From positions 96,001 to 160,000 of the forward strand of contig CAWAGQ010000007.1 of assembly GCA_963781585.1 (NCBI GenBank): DNA of 64,000 bases, in the 5' to 3' direction. The stretch comes from an uncultured Gemmatimonadaceae bacterium (GTDB lineage: Bacteria; Gemmatimonadota; Gemmatimonadetes; Gemmatimonadales; Gemmatimonadaceae). Below the pieces are notes generated by a model. The model made no database searches. It was not told the DNA's origin and saw nothing but the letters and a program-made list of their open reading frames with translations. Position 1 is the first letter of the stretch. Every line of letters begins with the position of its first letter. A program made the position numbers and the translations under genes. This document shows positions 37,472 through 48,232 of the stretch, one piece after another.

Positions 37472-40215
37472 ATGAGTGATCGCCCCGGCTGTCTCGAGCC
37501 CTCGCCGGCCGCTACGACATCGAACGGCAGATCGGCGTCGGCGGGATGGCCACCGTGTATGTCGCCACCGACGTTCGCCACGGCCGGCGGGTGGCGCTCA
37601 AGGTGCTCCGGCCGGAGCTCGCGGCGGTCATCGGCGGTGACCGGTTCCTCGCCGAGATCCGGACCACCGCGGCACTGCAGCATCCGCACATTCTCCCGTT
37701 GCACGATTCCGGCGAAGCCGACGGCACGGTGTTCTACGTGATGCCGTACGTCGAGGGTGAATCGCTGCGCGACCGGATCAGCCACGAGAAGCAGTTGCCG
37801 GTCGAGGAGGCGGTGCGGATCGCGGGCCAGGTGGCCAGTGCCCTCGATTACGCGCATCGCCGCGGTGTCGTGCACCGCGACATCAAGCCGGAGAACGTGC
37901 TGCTGCAGGACGGGCAGGCGCTGGTGGCCGACTTCGGGATCGCGCTCGCCGTGAGTCGCTCCGATGGCGGAACGCGAATGACCGAGACCGGGATGTCGCT
38001 GGGGACGCCGCACTACATGGCGCCCGAGCAGGCGATGGGCGAGCGCGAAATCACGCCCAAGGCCGACGTCTACGCGCTCGGATGTGTGCTGTACGAGATG
38101 CTGACCGGTGAGCCGCCGTTCACCGGCGCGACGGCGCAGGCCGTTGTGGCGCGAGCAATGACCGAAGCGCCACGCAGCCTGACGACGCAGCGCCACACGA
38201 TTCCGCGGAATGTCGAGGCGGCGGTACATACGGCGCTGGAAAAGCTGCCGGCCGACCGGTTCGCGACCGCCGGCGAGTTCGCCGCCGCGCTCACGAATCC
38301 GTCCTACGGCGCCGTCGCGCCCGACGGCACGCCGGGCAAGAGCGCAGCACGCGGCGAAGGCGGATGGCGAAGCGCGGAGCTGCGCGCACGCCTGGCGCTG
38401 CCGCTTGCCGCGGTGGCGTTGGTGTCGCTTACCGCGCTGGCCTGGAGGTCGTTGCGGACAACGCCGCCCGAGCCGCCGCTGCGGATCGCCATGGCGTTCA
38501 ATCCGGCGCAGGCTCCGATCGCCGACCTGCCGTTCGTCATTTCGCCCGACGGCAAGGGGCTCCTGTACAGCGGCCCGGCGTCCGGGTCCTCCTGGCAGTA
38601 CTGGTACAAGGGTCCCGATCGATGGGACGCGGTGCCGCTGGCCGGTACCACCTCGGCTACGTTTTTCACGTTCTCGCCGGATGGGCAATCCGTTGCCTTC
38701 GTCTCGGCGACCGGGCAGGTGCGGACTGTTCCTGTTGGTGGCGGCGCGCCGACGACCGTGGCGGATTCGGCGACGGGTGGCATCGCGTGGCTGGACGACA
38801 ACACGATCGTCTTCGCATCCAACGGCGGGCGGGCACTCCGGCGAGTTGGCGCCGCCGGTGGCGCGGTCACCGAGCTGCTCGTCGGCGACTACGGGAACTA
38901 TGCCATCTCGCCGGTGGCGATTCCGGGCAGCCGCGGCATCGTGTTTGGGCATTGCCAGCCGGGATGTTCGGCGCTCGAGATCATGGCGCTCACGTTCGGT
39001 TCAAGGCAGCCGAAGCCGCTCGGCCTCCCCAACCCAGCCGGAGGGGCGATCAACTTCGCGCGATATGTGACGCCGGGATACCTGATGTATGGGCGGCCAG
39101 GTGGTGTTGTCGCCGCCGCGCCGTTCAGCGCCCGGACGCTCACCGTGACCGGGCCTGTGGTTCAGGTGCTCGACGCCATTGCCGGCGGGCAGGTCGGCCT
39201 GGAGTGGGACGTGTCCCTCAACGGGACGCTCGTCACGCGATCCGGGGTGGTGGCGTCGGCGCTCACTCAGTTCGAGGCCGTGTGGGTCGATCGCAGCGGG
39301 CGCCAGACGGCAATCGACTCCGCGTGGAAGTTCAGCACGATCAGCTTTGGTGCGAACGCGGGGTGGGCGCTCTCGCCGGACGGAACGCGGCTGGCGATCG
39401 GCCAGAACACCGATGCGGGCGACGACATCTGGGTGAAGCAGTTGCCGAGGGGCCCGCTCTCCCGGCTCTCGTTCGACAGTGCAGCCGACGTCCGCCCGAG
39501 ATGGTCCCGCGACGGCAAGACGATCTACTTCCTGTCGGGGCGCGGTGACGGTCGTCCCGCACTCTACTCGCGGCGCGCCGACGGTACGGGAAACGATTCG
39601 CTCGTCCTCAAGCTGCCCGCTCCCGGCATGATCTTCGAGGGGGCCGTGGCCCCTGATGGCAAAACGCTCGTCCTGCGTTCCGGCGGCACGGTCAACGTGG
39701 TCGGCGGTCGCGACATTTCCGTCATCCATCTCGGCGCCGATTCCGCGCCCAAGCCACTCATCGCGACGCAGTTCGACGAAGAAGCCATCGCTCTGTCGCC
39801 CGACGGAAAGCTGATCGCGTACGAGACGAACGAAACCGGTCGCACCGAGGTGTACCTGCGGCCGTTTCCCGACGTGGACGCGGGCAAGTGGCAGGTGAGC
39901 ACAAATGGTGGCGTGGCGCCGCTCTGGGCGCGCAGCGGCCGCGAGCTCTTCTTCGTCGACGGTACCCGCTCGATGGTCGTGGTGCCGGTCACGCCCGGGT
40001 CGGTGCCGCAGCTCGGAGATCGGAAGGTCCTGTTCCCGATGGGGCCGGAGCTCTACCTGGCCGACAAGGAGTTCTACACACCGTTCGACATCTCGCCCGA
40101 CGGTCAACGGTTCCTCATGGCCCGACAGGTCAACCGGGAGGAGCGACCCGTCGAGCCGATCGTCATGACGCAGCACTGGACGACGGAGCTGCTGCGCAAG
40201 GTGGGCAAGCGGTAG
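37472..40215 (+). CDS. Ser/Thr protein kinase-TM-TolB-like propeller; 1-nt frameshift near the 5' end
   Basis: VALKVL, HRDIKPEN, DFG, GTPHYMAPE, a TM helix and SPDG repeats. Natural ATG 37472 is out of frame with RLSRALAGRYDIERQIGVGGM (in-frame TGA 37477). Confidence 0.88.
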
Positions 40216-40267
40216 GCGTGCCGGAAGCGGCGCCTCTGGTGTGAGCTTGCTGGCGGGCGCGGCGCCG

Positions 40268-40706
40268 CCAGCGATCGCATCGTGGCATCGGAATGTCGAA
40301 CGTCGGGAACCCGGACCAGAGTGCTGGCGGCCAGAGGAACGCGCACCGCCTCGCCCTGGCCTCCGTCGATCCCATGATTACCGAAGGAACCACCCGCGAT
40401 GCACTTCGATGTGACTCCCGCGCGACAATAGGGGCAGGTGCCATCGGAGAAGGTGAACGGAGCCACGACAAGGTCTCCCGGGCCGAGGCCGCGCACCTCG
40501 GCGCCCATGTCCTCGACAACGCCGATGAACTCGTGCCCGATGGGACCCAAGGCGTGGGGGGATTCGCCGCGGTAGTACCAGAGGTCGGAGCCACAGACGC
40601 AGCCGAGCGACACGCGCACGACGGCATCCGTCGGCGCGGTGATGACCGGGTCCGGCCGCTCGACGACCTCGAGTGAGTACGGGCCGTTGTAGACGGTGGC
40701 GCGCAT
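40268..40706 (-). pseudogene. Zn-dependent alcohol dehydrogenase, 3'-truncated
   Basis: CVCGSDLWYYRG, GHEFIGVV and CPYC..C present. The Rossmann domain is absent after about 145 aa. Confidence 0.85.
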
Positions 40707-40970
40707 TGAAGCTGTTCCTCTGTGCTGACGATTGTCGTACAGAACCTGCTGCCCTGAAGCTGGGTGCCTCGGGGCCGCCAACGGATGGCGAACGTCGCGG
40801 CCTCAGCCGCGGCGGTCTTGCGGATCACAACCGCGCCGCCCAGTGCCTCCTCGGCCAGGGCTCGATCGGCCTCGAGAACGAGTTCGGCGGCGGAGACGCC
40901 ACGGCCGTCGGCCACAAGCGTATCGCGCCGTGCGGCACATGAGCCGGCGCGTCGATCATTCTGGCGCGCC

Positions 40971-41069
40971 AGGTAACGCCCTGGGTTTCAGCTGCGAGTG
41001 CGTGACGTGCGCGCTCCGGACTTTCTCGATTGCCGCCGCGCTTTCGTCTGCCGCACAACCTTGCTCGAC
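40971..41069 (-). mobile_element. Near-complete degenerate attC-like site (99 bp)
   Basis: Minus strand GTCGAGC AAGGTTGTGCGGCAGACGAAAGCG ... CGCACTCGCAGCTGAAACC CAGGGC GTTACCT. The arms pair imperfectly with bulged bases. Both R boxes deviate from consensus. Confidence 0.5.
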
Positions 41070-41332
41070 CGCGCCTTGCTGACCAGCGGGTACGACTCCG
41101 GATGCTCGATCGACTCGACCGCGAGGTCAACGTCGAGGTCCGGCCAATACAAATGATGCGGACCGGGACGCTCCAGCCGCGTCAGCTGCCGGATCGTGGC
41201 GTCGGCGAACCACGGAAACTGGGCGAACGCCAGAAAGTGTTCGCGATTATCGACCAGGAGCCACAGCCCGTTGGTCGACACGTTCGTGACTTCAACTCCC
41301 GAAGTGGGCGTCCCAGGCCTTACGGATCTCAT
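40988..41332 (-). CDS. DUF2442 protein (putative antitoxin)
   Basis: VEVTNVSTNGLWLL, FPWFADAT, HLYWPDLDVDLAVESIEHPESYPL. The basic tail is read-through across the attC-like site. Confidence 0.85.
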   Translation of the reverse strand: MRSVRPGTPTSGVEVTNVSTNGLWLLVDNREHFLAFAQFPWFADATIRQLTRLERPGPHHLYWPDLDVDLAVESIEHPESYPLVSKARSSKVVRQTKARRQSRKSGARTSRTRS

Positions 41333-41531
41333 CGTGGTGCTCCATCGCAATGTGCATCGCTCTCGCCAGTCGCTGTGCCGTCAAGCCGTAATTGTTCGCG
41401 ATGCTGATTTCCGGGTCCAGCCAGAACTTTGCCTCGCCCGTTGCGTGTTGCACGTGCACATGCGGGCGCGTCTCCTCGCGTGAGAAAAAGTAGAACCGGT
41501 ACCGGCGCGTTCGGAGAACAGTCGGACTCAT
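41292..41531 (-). CDS. DUF4160 protein (putative toxin partner of DUF2442)
   Basis: MSPTVLR..YRFYFFSREETRPHVHV..GEAKFWL...WDAHFG. Confidence 0.9.
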   Translation of the reverse strand: MSPTVLRTRRYRFYFFSREETRPHVHVQHATGEAKFWLDPEISIANNYGLTAQRLARAMHIAMEHHDEIRKAWDAHFGS

Positions 41532-41650
41532 CGGTCGAAAGATAGCGGCGCCGCAGCGTAGGGGTGATACTGTGCGCTGAGCCGGAGCACCCGGCCTCCA
41601 AATCGGCGTGCTCCGTGGACACGGCGCGAGTGGCTCACCCCGGAGTCAGC

Positions 41651-41857
41651 ATGAAGTCCACAGCGGTCCATGTCGTGATCTTCGACGGATTCGCCGATTG
41701 GGAGCCGGCACACGCCCTCGCCGAACTACGGCGTTGGGGAAAGCGCGAGGTCGTCTCCGTGGGATTCGATGCGCGTCTGGTCACGTCGATGGGCAGGCTA
41801 GGCGTGGTTCCGGACGTCGCTCTTGAGAAGGCGGGCGCGCAACGTCCCTCAATGTGA
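41651..41857 (+). pseudogene. DJ-1/PfpI family protein, 3'-truncated
   Basis: VHVVIFDGFADWEPAHALAEL...VTSMGRLGVVPD, then homology is lost before the catalytic Cys. Confidence 0.8.
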
Positions 41858-42073
41858 CCGGCGGTGGACCCGGAATTCATCGGTCGCGTTTCCTGGCGAG
41901 CCAAACCCACGGCCTGAGGGCTCCGGACCCCGCGGGGCTTGCGTCTCGTCCCAGCGATCTGGATCGCCGTCACTCCCGGCGTAAGTTGGCGCAGAGCCGG
42001 CCAGGCGAGACGGCGTTCGTAGCCCGTCAATCCTCGGTCCGGTATCCGCAATCGAAATGGGGGAGGCGAAGCG

Positions 42074-43475
42074 ATGGGCACGTTGATCCAGGACTTCCGT
42101 TTCGGCGCCCGGATGTTGCAGAAGAACCGGGGCTTCGCCACGGTGGCTGTGCTGACCCTGGCCCTGGGCATCGGCGCGAACACGGCGGTATTCAGTGTCG
42201 TCAACGCGGTGCTCCTGCGGCCCCTGCCGTTCTACTCGCCTGAACGGCTCCTCGCGCTCGGGCAGACGGACTCGAACGATCGCCGAGATCTCTCGCAATT
42301 CTCCTTCCGGAACTTCGCGGACCTGCGCGAGCGGACCCAGGCCTTCGGGCGCCTCGCCGCCTGGTACAACAACAGCATGACCTTGACCGGTCAGGGCGAG
42401 GCCGTGAGGCTGCGCGGCGTCGTCGCCACGGCAGACCTGTTCCCGCTGCTCGGCGCGTCGCCGGCGCTGGGCCGCACCTTCTTCCCCGACGAGGACAATG
42501 CGGGTGGCGGCGCGCAGGGCTACCCGGCCATCCTCGGTTGGGAATGCTGGCAGCAACACTTCGGAGGCGACCCGCGGGTCGTCGGGCGTTCCATCACCCT
42601 GGACGGGAACGCGTACACGGTGGTCGGCGTGATGCCGTCGACGTTCTCCTTCCCGGTGCAGGCGCAGCCCGCCGAAGTCTGGATCTCGCCCGCGCGCGAC
42701 GCGGAGAGGACGGGCGAGGGCGCGATCATGATCGCGCGCGGCTACCGCGCGTGGCGGGTTGTCGGCCGCCTCAAGGACGGCGCGACTGTCGAGCAGGCAC
42801 ATCACGCCCGGCTTCTCGACGACGGGCGCGCCCAACACGCGCGAGATCGTCGGGGTGGTGGGCGACGTGAAGCATCAGGGCCTGAGGGGCGGCGCGGTGC
42901 CTGAGTTCTATTTCGCGCAGGCGCAGATGCCGGTGAACTCGATGACGCTGGTCGTCCGCACCGCGGGCGACCCGCACGCACTCGTCGCCCCGGTGCGGAG
43001 CGTGGTTCAGGAGATGGACGCGAACGCCCCGGTCTTCGGCGTCCTGACGGCGGAGGAGTACATGTCGCGCTCGGTCGCGCCCACGCGCTTCGACATGACG
43101 CTGCTCGCGGCCTTTGCCGCCGTGGCGCTCGTCATGACGGCGGTCGGCCTCTACGGCGTCATCTCCTTCTTCGTGAGCCAGTCCACGCGGGAGATCGGTA
43201 TCCGTGTCGCGCTCGGGGCGCAACGCCGGGACGCGCTCCGCTTCGTCATGGGGCAGGGGATGATCCTGACGCTGGTGGGAGTCGCGTTCGGGCTTGTCGC
43301 CGCATTCGGCTTGACGAGCGTCATGGCCGGCTTGCTGTTCGGCGTGGGCGCGACGGATCCGGCGACGTTTGCCGGTGTCGCGCTGCTGCTCATCATGGTA
43401 GCCGCGCTGGCGTGCTACGTGCCGGCTCGACGGGCGACGAAGGTGGACCCGATGGTGGCGCTCAGGTACGAGTAA
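42074..43475 (+). pseudogene. ADOP permease with ~1 kb internal out-of-frame deletion
   Basis: The N-part ends at GRLKDGATVEQA and resumes in another frame as RHITPG...REIVGVVGDVKH...VDPMVALRYE. The first FtsX TM block is missing. Confidence 0.88.
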
Positions 43476-43719
43476 TGTCTCGCCGCATCGGATGACCTGG
43501 ATCCCGCGACGACGCCAGCCGCGAAAACCTGGATCAACGGGACCTCCGCTGGTATCGGGCCGCGAAGTCAATGGCTGCGACCTGGCTGACGTCCGGTCTT
43601 GGCGCGCCCGCGCGCACGGCAAGGCCGAGGGGGGCGTGGGCCAGCGAGATGCCGGACGTCCGGCGGTCGTCATGGCCCATGCCGACCGCCGGAGGAATCC
43701 GCCGGCAAATGTCACGTGC

Positions 43720-44703
43720 CTACATGCAGTTGTCGGGTGCGTTGCCGCCGATGTGCGTTGTCATGTACACGTCATTCTGCCCAAAGCCGCCCGATCGCGA
43801 GCTCGTGAAATACAGCGTCTGGCCGTTCGTGGTTATCGAGGGGGAGTTCTCGTTGCCCGACGAGTTCACGATGGCGCCCAAATTCACCGGAGTGCAGAAA
43901 GGACTATTCGGCGCTTTTCGACTTGCGGTCCAGATATCGATCAGCCCGACGCCGCCGGCGCGATTTGACGTGAAGTAGATCGTGAGGCCATTCCCGGTGA
44001 GCGTGAAGCGTGTGTCACGGCCCGCAGTGTTCAACTCCACTACGGGAGCCGGCGGCTCGAACGTCCCATCCGTCGCGATCTCACTCCGGTAGATGTCGTA
44101 TCCGCCGCTTCCGCCCGGTCGATTCAGACTGGTGAACCAGAACTCCCCTCCCCCGTGCTGATTTCCGACGGGCAGGCAGTCCGCCTCGTCGAACGTGGTA
44201 TTGACGGCCGGGCCCAGGTTCTCGGGTACGCTCCACCCGAAATCGTCATGCGGGTTGTCGCGGTAGCTGCGCCAGCAGTCGAGCCCACCCTGGCCTCCAG
44301 GGCGACGCGACGCGAGATAGAGGTAGTGGCCGTCGAGGGACAACGAGGGCGACACGTCGATCGCCGGCGTGTTCACCGTGGGCCCGAGATTCACCAACGG
44401 TCCCCAGGTGCCGTCCGGCTGCAGCCTCGATACCCAGATGTCCTGGTCGCCGAGTGTGCCCGGGCGATCCGAGGACACGTACAGCGACTTTCCATTGGGT
44501 GCGATGCCGAGCTGCCCTTCCGCGGAACTGGTGTTGATCCCGGATCCCAGGTTGACCGGCGCGTTCCACTCCTGGCCGGCGAGGTTCATTTGCGCTGGCT
44601 GAGCGATCCCGGTCGCGTTATCAGGCGCGTGACACGCCACTGCGGCACCGAGAGCCACCGCAATGCCCGGAAGCCAGCGACCGCCTTTGCTTGCGTCATA
44701 CAT
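43720..44703 (-). CDS. PD40-repeat beta-propeller lipoprotein
   Basis: AVAC lipobox and repeats of VNLGxxVN...PS...LYFxSxRxGGxG..DIW. Confidence 0.88.
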   Translation of the reverse strand: MYDASKGGRWLPGIAVALGAAVACHAPDNATGIAQPAQMNLAGQEWNAPVNLGSGINTSSAEGQLGIAPNGKSLYVSSDRPGTLGDQDIWVSRLQPDGTWGPLVNLGPTVNTPAIDVSPSLSLDGHYLYLASRRPGGQGGLDCWRSYRDNPHDDFGWSVPENLGPAVNTTFDEADCLPVGNQHGGGEFWFTSLNRPGGSGGYDIYRSEIATDGTFEPPAPVVELNTAGRDTRFTLTGNGLTIYFTSNRAGGVGLIDIWTASRKAPNSPFCTPVNLGAIVNSSGNENSPSITTNGQTLYFTSSRSGGFGQNDVYMTTHIGGNAPDNCM

Positions 44704-44792
44704 GAGACGTTTCCTCTCATATGGAGGGTGAGTGTGCCTGGTCGCTGCGCCGCATCCGTGGAGTCGGCTCAAACGATCCGCAACGCGGCGGT

Positions 44793-44855
44793 ACACTAGC
44801 CACCGCGCCTCATTTGGGGCTCATACCTGGCTCAGAGCTGCTCAGTCGCGCCCCA
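44793..44855 (-). promoter_or_regulatory. -10 TAGTGT preceded by phased TGAG direct repeats (putative SARP activation site)
   Basis: Plus-strand CTCA at 44809, 44820, 44831 and 44841 (spacing 11, 11, 10). Minus-strand -10 at 44793-44798, no -35 consensus. Confidence 0.6.
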
Positions 44856-45142
44856 AGTTCGGATCGGACACGTTTCCCGGCGTCACGCCTGCGCCCCGGG
44901 AACCCCTCGTCGTTCGCGCCGCACTCGCCCACCCCCCCGCTATCCCGCGTCGCGCTCCATCGGAGGAGCTGAAGTTGGCGCCTAACGCAAAGGTGAACGA
45001 GCCCGTCTCACTGCATGCACATGAGCAGGAGGCCAGGACGCGCTCGCGAGTGATTGGATGAGGATGGCGCCGTGCTGAGAAAGCAGCGGGTTGGCATCCC
45101 GTGAAAGGCGGCCCTCTCCGGGTCAGGGCCGCCACTCGGTGC

Positions 45143-45208
45143 TTGCTTCCCCCCGGCTTCACGGATACAATCTGACGCGCACCTCATTCCGGCCTCAGAC
45201 CGGGCTCA
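45143..45208 (+). promoter_or_regulatory. Promoter TTGCTT-17-TACAAT followed by three 11-bp-phased CTCA repeats (putative autorepression site)
   Basis: -35 at 45143-45148, -10 at 45166-45171, CTCA at 45183, 45194 and 45205. Confidence 0.65.
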
Positions 45209-45211
45209 CAC

Positions 45212-48205
45212 GTGGTTCGAAGTTTGCGGTTGCCGACGCGATCCTTTTCGCTGACGACGTTTGGGACGCTGACATTGAGTTCGGAGGTCGTACCGGGCCT
45301 GGCCCAACAACGGCGTCGTCTGGCGTTGCTGGCATTGCTGGCGGCGTCGGGAGAGCGGGGTCTCACCCGCGACCAGATCCTTGGGCTTCTCTGGCCGGAG
45401 ACTGAGTCCACCAACGCCCGGCACTCACTCGAACAACTGGTCCACGCCACCCGCCGTGCGCTGGGCGATACCGTCTTCAACGGCGTGAATCCGCTTTCCT
45501 TGAACACCGACGTCGTCGTATGCGACGTCGTCGAGTTTGAACGCGCCGTCTCGAGCGCCGACTTGACGCGCGCGGTCGCGTTGTACCAGGGTCCGTTTCT
45601 CAAGGGCTTCTTTCTCGACGATGCTCCCGAATTCGAACGGTGGACGCAGAGCGAGCGGACACGCCTCGCCGATCGCCACGCCGCTGCCCTGCGGCAACTC
45701 GCCGCCGCCGCGGAGACGTCCGGCGATCATGCGGCGGCCATCGGATGGTGGCGCCGCCTTGCCGATGTCGATCCGCTGAGCAGCCGATCCGCGCTCGGGC
45801 TCATGCGGGCATTCGTCGCCGCCGGAGACCGGGCAGCCGCACTGCAACACGGTCGCGTGTATGAAGCGCTCGTCCGCCAGGAGCTCGAGAGCCTGCCGGA
45901 TCCTTCGGTCGTGTCGTATGTGGAGGCGGTGCGTTCCGGCAGGGTCGAGTCCGTTCCGCCGATGTCAGAGAACGCGGGCCTTCTCGCGAGGCCTCTCGAC
46001 GCCAGCCGTCACGCATCGGCACCAACGCCAGCGCCGCGTACGTCAGCGGCCGTCAGGCCCCCGGTCCCAGCCGCTTTTCTTCCACCGATGTGGGCGGCAG
46101 GAATTGTGGGTATCATCGTGCTCCTGTCTGTCGCGTGGTTAGGCTGGCATCGCTTTGCCGCCCCGGCGGTCGATCCGAATCGCATCGTTGTGCTGCCGTT
46201 TGCGGTAACAGGCGGCAACGACTCCGCCAGGGTCATCGGCGCGCAGGTTGTGGATCTGTTGTCACCGATGTTGACAGGTGAGGGGGGACCCATCGCCGTC
46301 GACTCCCGGACTGCCGCCGCCGCGTGGAATCGGGTGAGCAGGGGCCGTGATGCGACGGTCGACCTGGCGCGGAACGCGGCGCGCGACGTTGGCGCCGCCG
46401 AGTCTCTCACCGGAACCGCGGTCCTTGCCTCCGGACGATTGACCCTGACCGGATCGCTCGTCGATTCCAGACTGGGTGATGCGCAGCCCCTGGAGTCGGT
46501 GACTGGTTCCGCTGACAGCGTGGCGTCGCTGCTCGGCCAGATGGTTGCACAGATTGTAGTGCGGCACGCGAACGTGCCTCCACGCGCGAGAGACGCGCTG
46601 GTGCATGAGTCGCTTCCGGCCCTGCGTGCGTATCTGGACGGCCTTCGCGCTTATCGAGAGTCGCGTGCGGCGGCGGCGATGGAGGCCTTTGAGCGCGCAC
46701 TGGATTCCGATTCGACCTTCGCACTCGCGGCGCTGCAGCTGGCCACGGCAACGACGAAGTTCTTCCGGCAGAGGGGCGTGTGCGTCAACAACATCTGCCC
46801 CTGGCGCGGCATCCTTCTGGGCGTCGAAGATGCCCGGAGTCCTCAGGACGACGAGCGATTCGAGCGCGGCGTCAGGCTGGCCTGGGAGTCCCGGGGACGG
46901 CTTCCGCCGAGTCTCCTTCCGCTGCTCAAGGCACTCCGTCCGACTTCCAATCGAGCCGTGCGGGCGAGTGAGCTGAACGCGGCGCTCGAGCGTGCGGCCG
47001 CTGCTGCGCCGGATCGGGCGGACATTCCGTACTTCCTCGGTCTGGTCATGCTCTACCAGGGGCCCGCGATCGGATTCACCGATGCACTGGGACGTGCTGA
47101 AGCATTGTTCCTGAAGGCGGGGTCGCTGGATTCGAGTTACCTGCCGCCGTTGGGACGTTTGGTGGACGTCGCCGCATATCAGACGGACACGGCGAAGCTG
47201 CGGCGTTATGGAGCCGCATATCTCTCGCGCGATCGAACAAGTGCGACGGCCGACTTCGTGCGGTGGCGGGTAGCCATTGGCGTCGGAGACACGGCGGCGG
47301 AACGGGCTGTGGCGTCACGCTTCGACGAGATGGATCCGGCGACGCTCAGGCAGATTGTCAGAGCGAGCCTGATGACCGGCGTGGCGCTCAACGACGCAGA
47401 CCGCGCGATGGGCGCGATTGTCCGTCGGACCACTGACCCTCTGGAGCGGTCCGGGGTGCTTTTCCAGGCCAGCTCTCTGGCGCTGAATCGAGGACGGCCG
47501 CGCGTCTCCGACAGCCTGTTGCGCCTGCGGCACGAGCTCGACTCGGTACAGTCCGGATTCTGGCAGTCGACGACTCTGGCCGCGTTGTTCGGGGACGGCG
47601 AGCGCGCGACCGCCGAGGCCAGCGCTCGCGAGCGGGAGCAATGGCTGGCCCGCGATACGATTCGCTGGGCCGCAAGACCCGCCGATTCCATCCCACCAAA
47701 CGTTGTCACGCAGGTGTGGCAGGAGGCGATGTGGGAATGGTCGCGCGGCGATAATCGCGAGACGGTCGCCCTGTCCAGTTGGGTACGGAGACACGGGTGG
47801 GCAGAGGTCGCGGACATTCTCGACATGCTGTCCGCGACGTCGCTGAGGCGGAGCGACGCGCCGGCCCTTCGCGCACACGCGGACTCTGTGGCGCGACGCG
47901 GCTGTTGCCGCCCTCCACACCAGATCGATATGATGCTGGCGTCGGCGTATGAGCTGGCCGGAGACGATTCCGCGGCTCTGGCCGTGCTGCGGCGCGGACG
48001 CTGGATCGCCGCGCCAGAGTTCCTCGCCGCGCACCTGCTGCGCGAGGGTCGGCTGGCGGAGAAGCTTGGCGACACTACTAGTGCGATCGCTGCCTACACG
48101 CACTTTCTTGCGCTGTACGCGGATCCCGAACCGCGACTGCGGCCCAAACGCGACAGCATCCGCGCCCATCTTCTCCGGTTGAATCATGGACGTCCCCCGT
48201 CCTGA
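45212..48205 (+). CDS. Membrane-anchored SARP-family regulator: wHTH + BTAD + TM + extracytoplasmic alpha/beta and TPR-like region
   Basis: LALLALLA..LTRDQILGLLWPE (wHTH), CDVVEFE..AVALYQGPFL..FERW (BTAD), TM MWAAGIVGIIVLLSVAWLGW, RIVVLPF, ALDSDSTFALA. Confidence 0.9.
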   Translation: MVRSLRLPTRSFSLTTFGTLTLSSEVVPGLAQQRRRLALLALLAASGERGLTRDQILGLLWPETESTNARHSLEQLVHATRRALGDTVFNGVNPLSLNTDVVVCDVVEFERAVSSADLTRAVALYQGPFLKGFFLDDAPEFERWTQSERTRLADRHAAALRQLAAAAETSGDHAAAIGWWRRLADVDPLSSRSALGLMRAFVAAGDRAAALQHGRVYEALVRQELESLPDPSVVSYVEAVRSGRVESVPPMSENAGLLARPLDASRHASAPTPAPRTSAAVRPPVPAAFLPPMWAAGIVGIIVLLSVAWLGWHRFAAPAVDPNRIVVLPFAVTGGNDSARVIGAQVVDLLSPMLTGEGGPIAVDSRTAAAAWNRVSRGRDATVDLARNAARDVGAAESLTGTAVLASGRLTLTGSLVDSRLGDAQPLESVTGSADSVASLLGQMVAQIVVRHANVPPRARDALVHESLPALRAYLDGLRAYRESRAAAAMEAFERALDSDSTFALAALQLATATTKFFRQRGVCVNNICPWRGILLGVEDARSPQDDERFERGVRLAWESRGRLPPSLLPLLKALRPTSNRAVRASELNAALERAAAAAPDRADIPYFLGLVMLYQGPAIGFTDALGRAEALFLKAGSLDSSYLPPLGRLVDVAAYQTDTAKLRRYGAAYLSRDRTSATADFVRWRVAIGVGDTAAERAVASRFDEMDPATLRQIVRASLMTGVALNDADRAMGAIVRRTTDPLERSGVLFQASSLALNRGRPRVSDSLLRLRHELDSVQSGFWQSTTLAALFGDGERATAEASAREREQWLARDTIRWAARPADSIPPNVVTQVWQEAMWEWSRGDNRETVALSSWVRRHGWAEVADILDMLSATSLRRSDAPALRAHADSVARRGCCRPPHQIDMMLASAYELAGDDSAALAVLRRGRWIAAPEFLAAHLLREGRLAEKLGDTTSAIAAYTHFLALYADPEPRLRPKRDSIRAHLLRLNHGRPPS

Positions 48206-48224
48206 CGGAAGGACGGTCTTTGTT
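48197..48224 (+). terminator. Possible intrinsic terminator between convergent genes
   Basis: CCGTCCT-gacgga-AGGACGG followed by TCTTTGTT. It overlaps the stop codon. Confidence 0.45.
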
Positions 48225-48232
48225 GGGCGCCG

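Noticed and set aside
40790..40915. SAAELVLEADRALAEE as a GGDEF C-terminal remnant
   Set aside because: Too short and no other family motifs.
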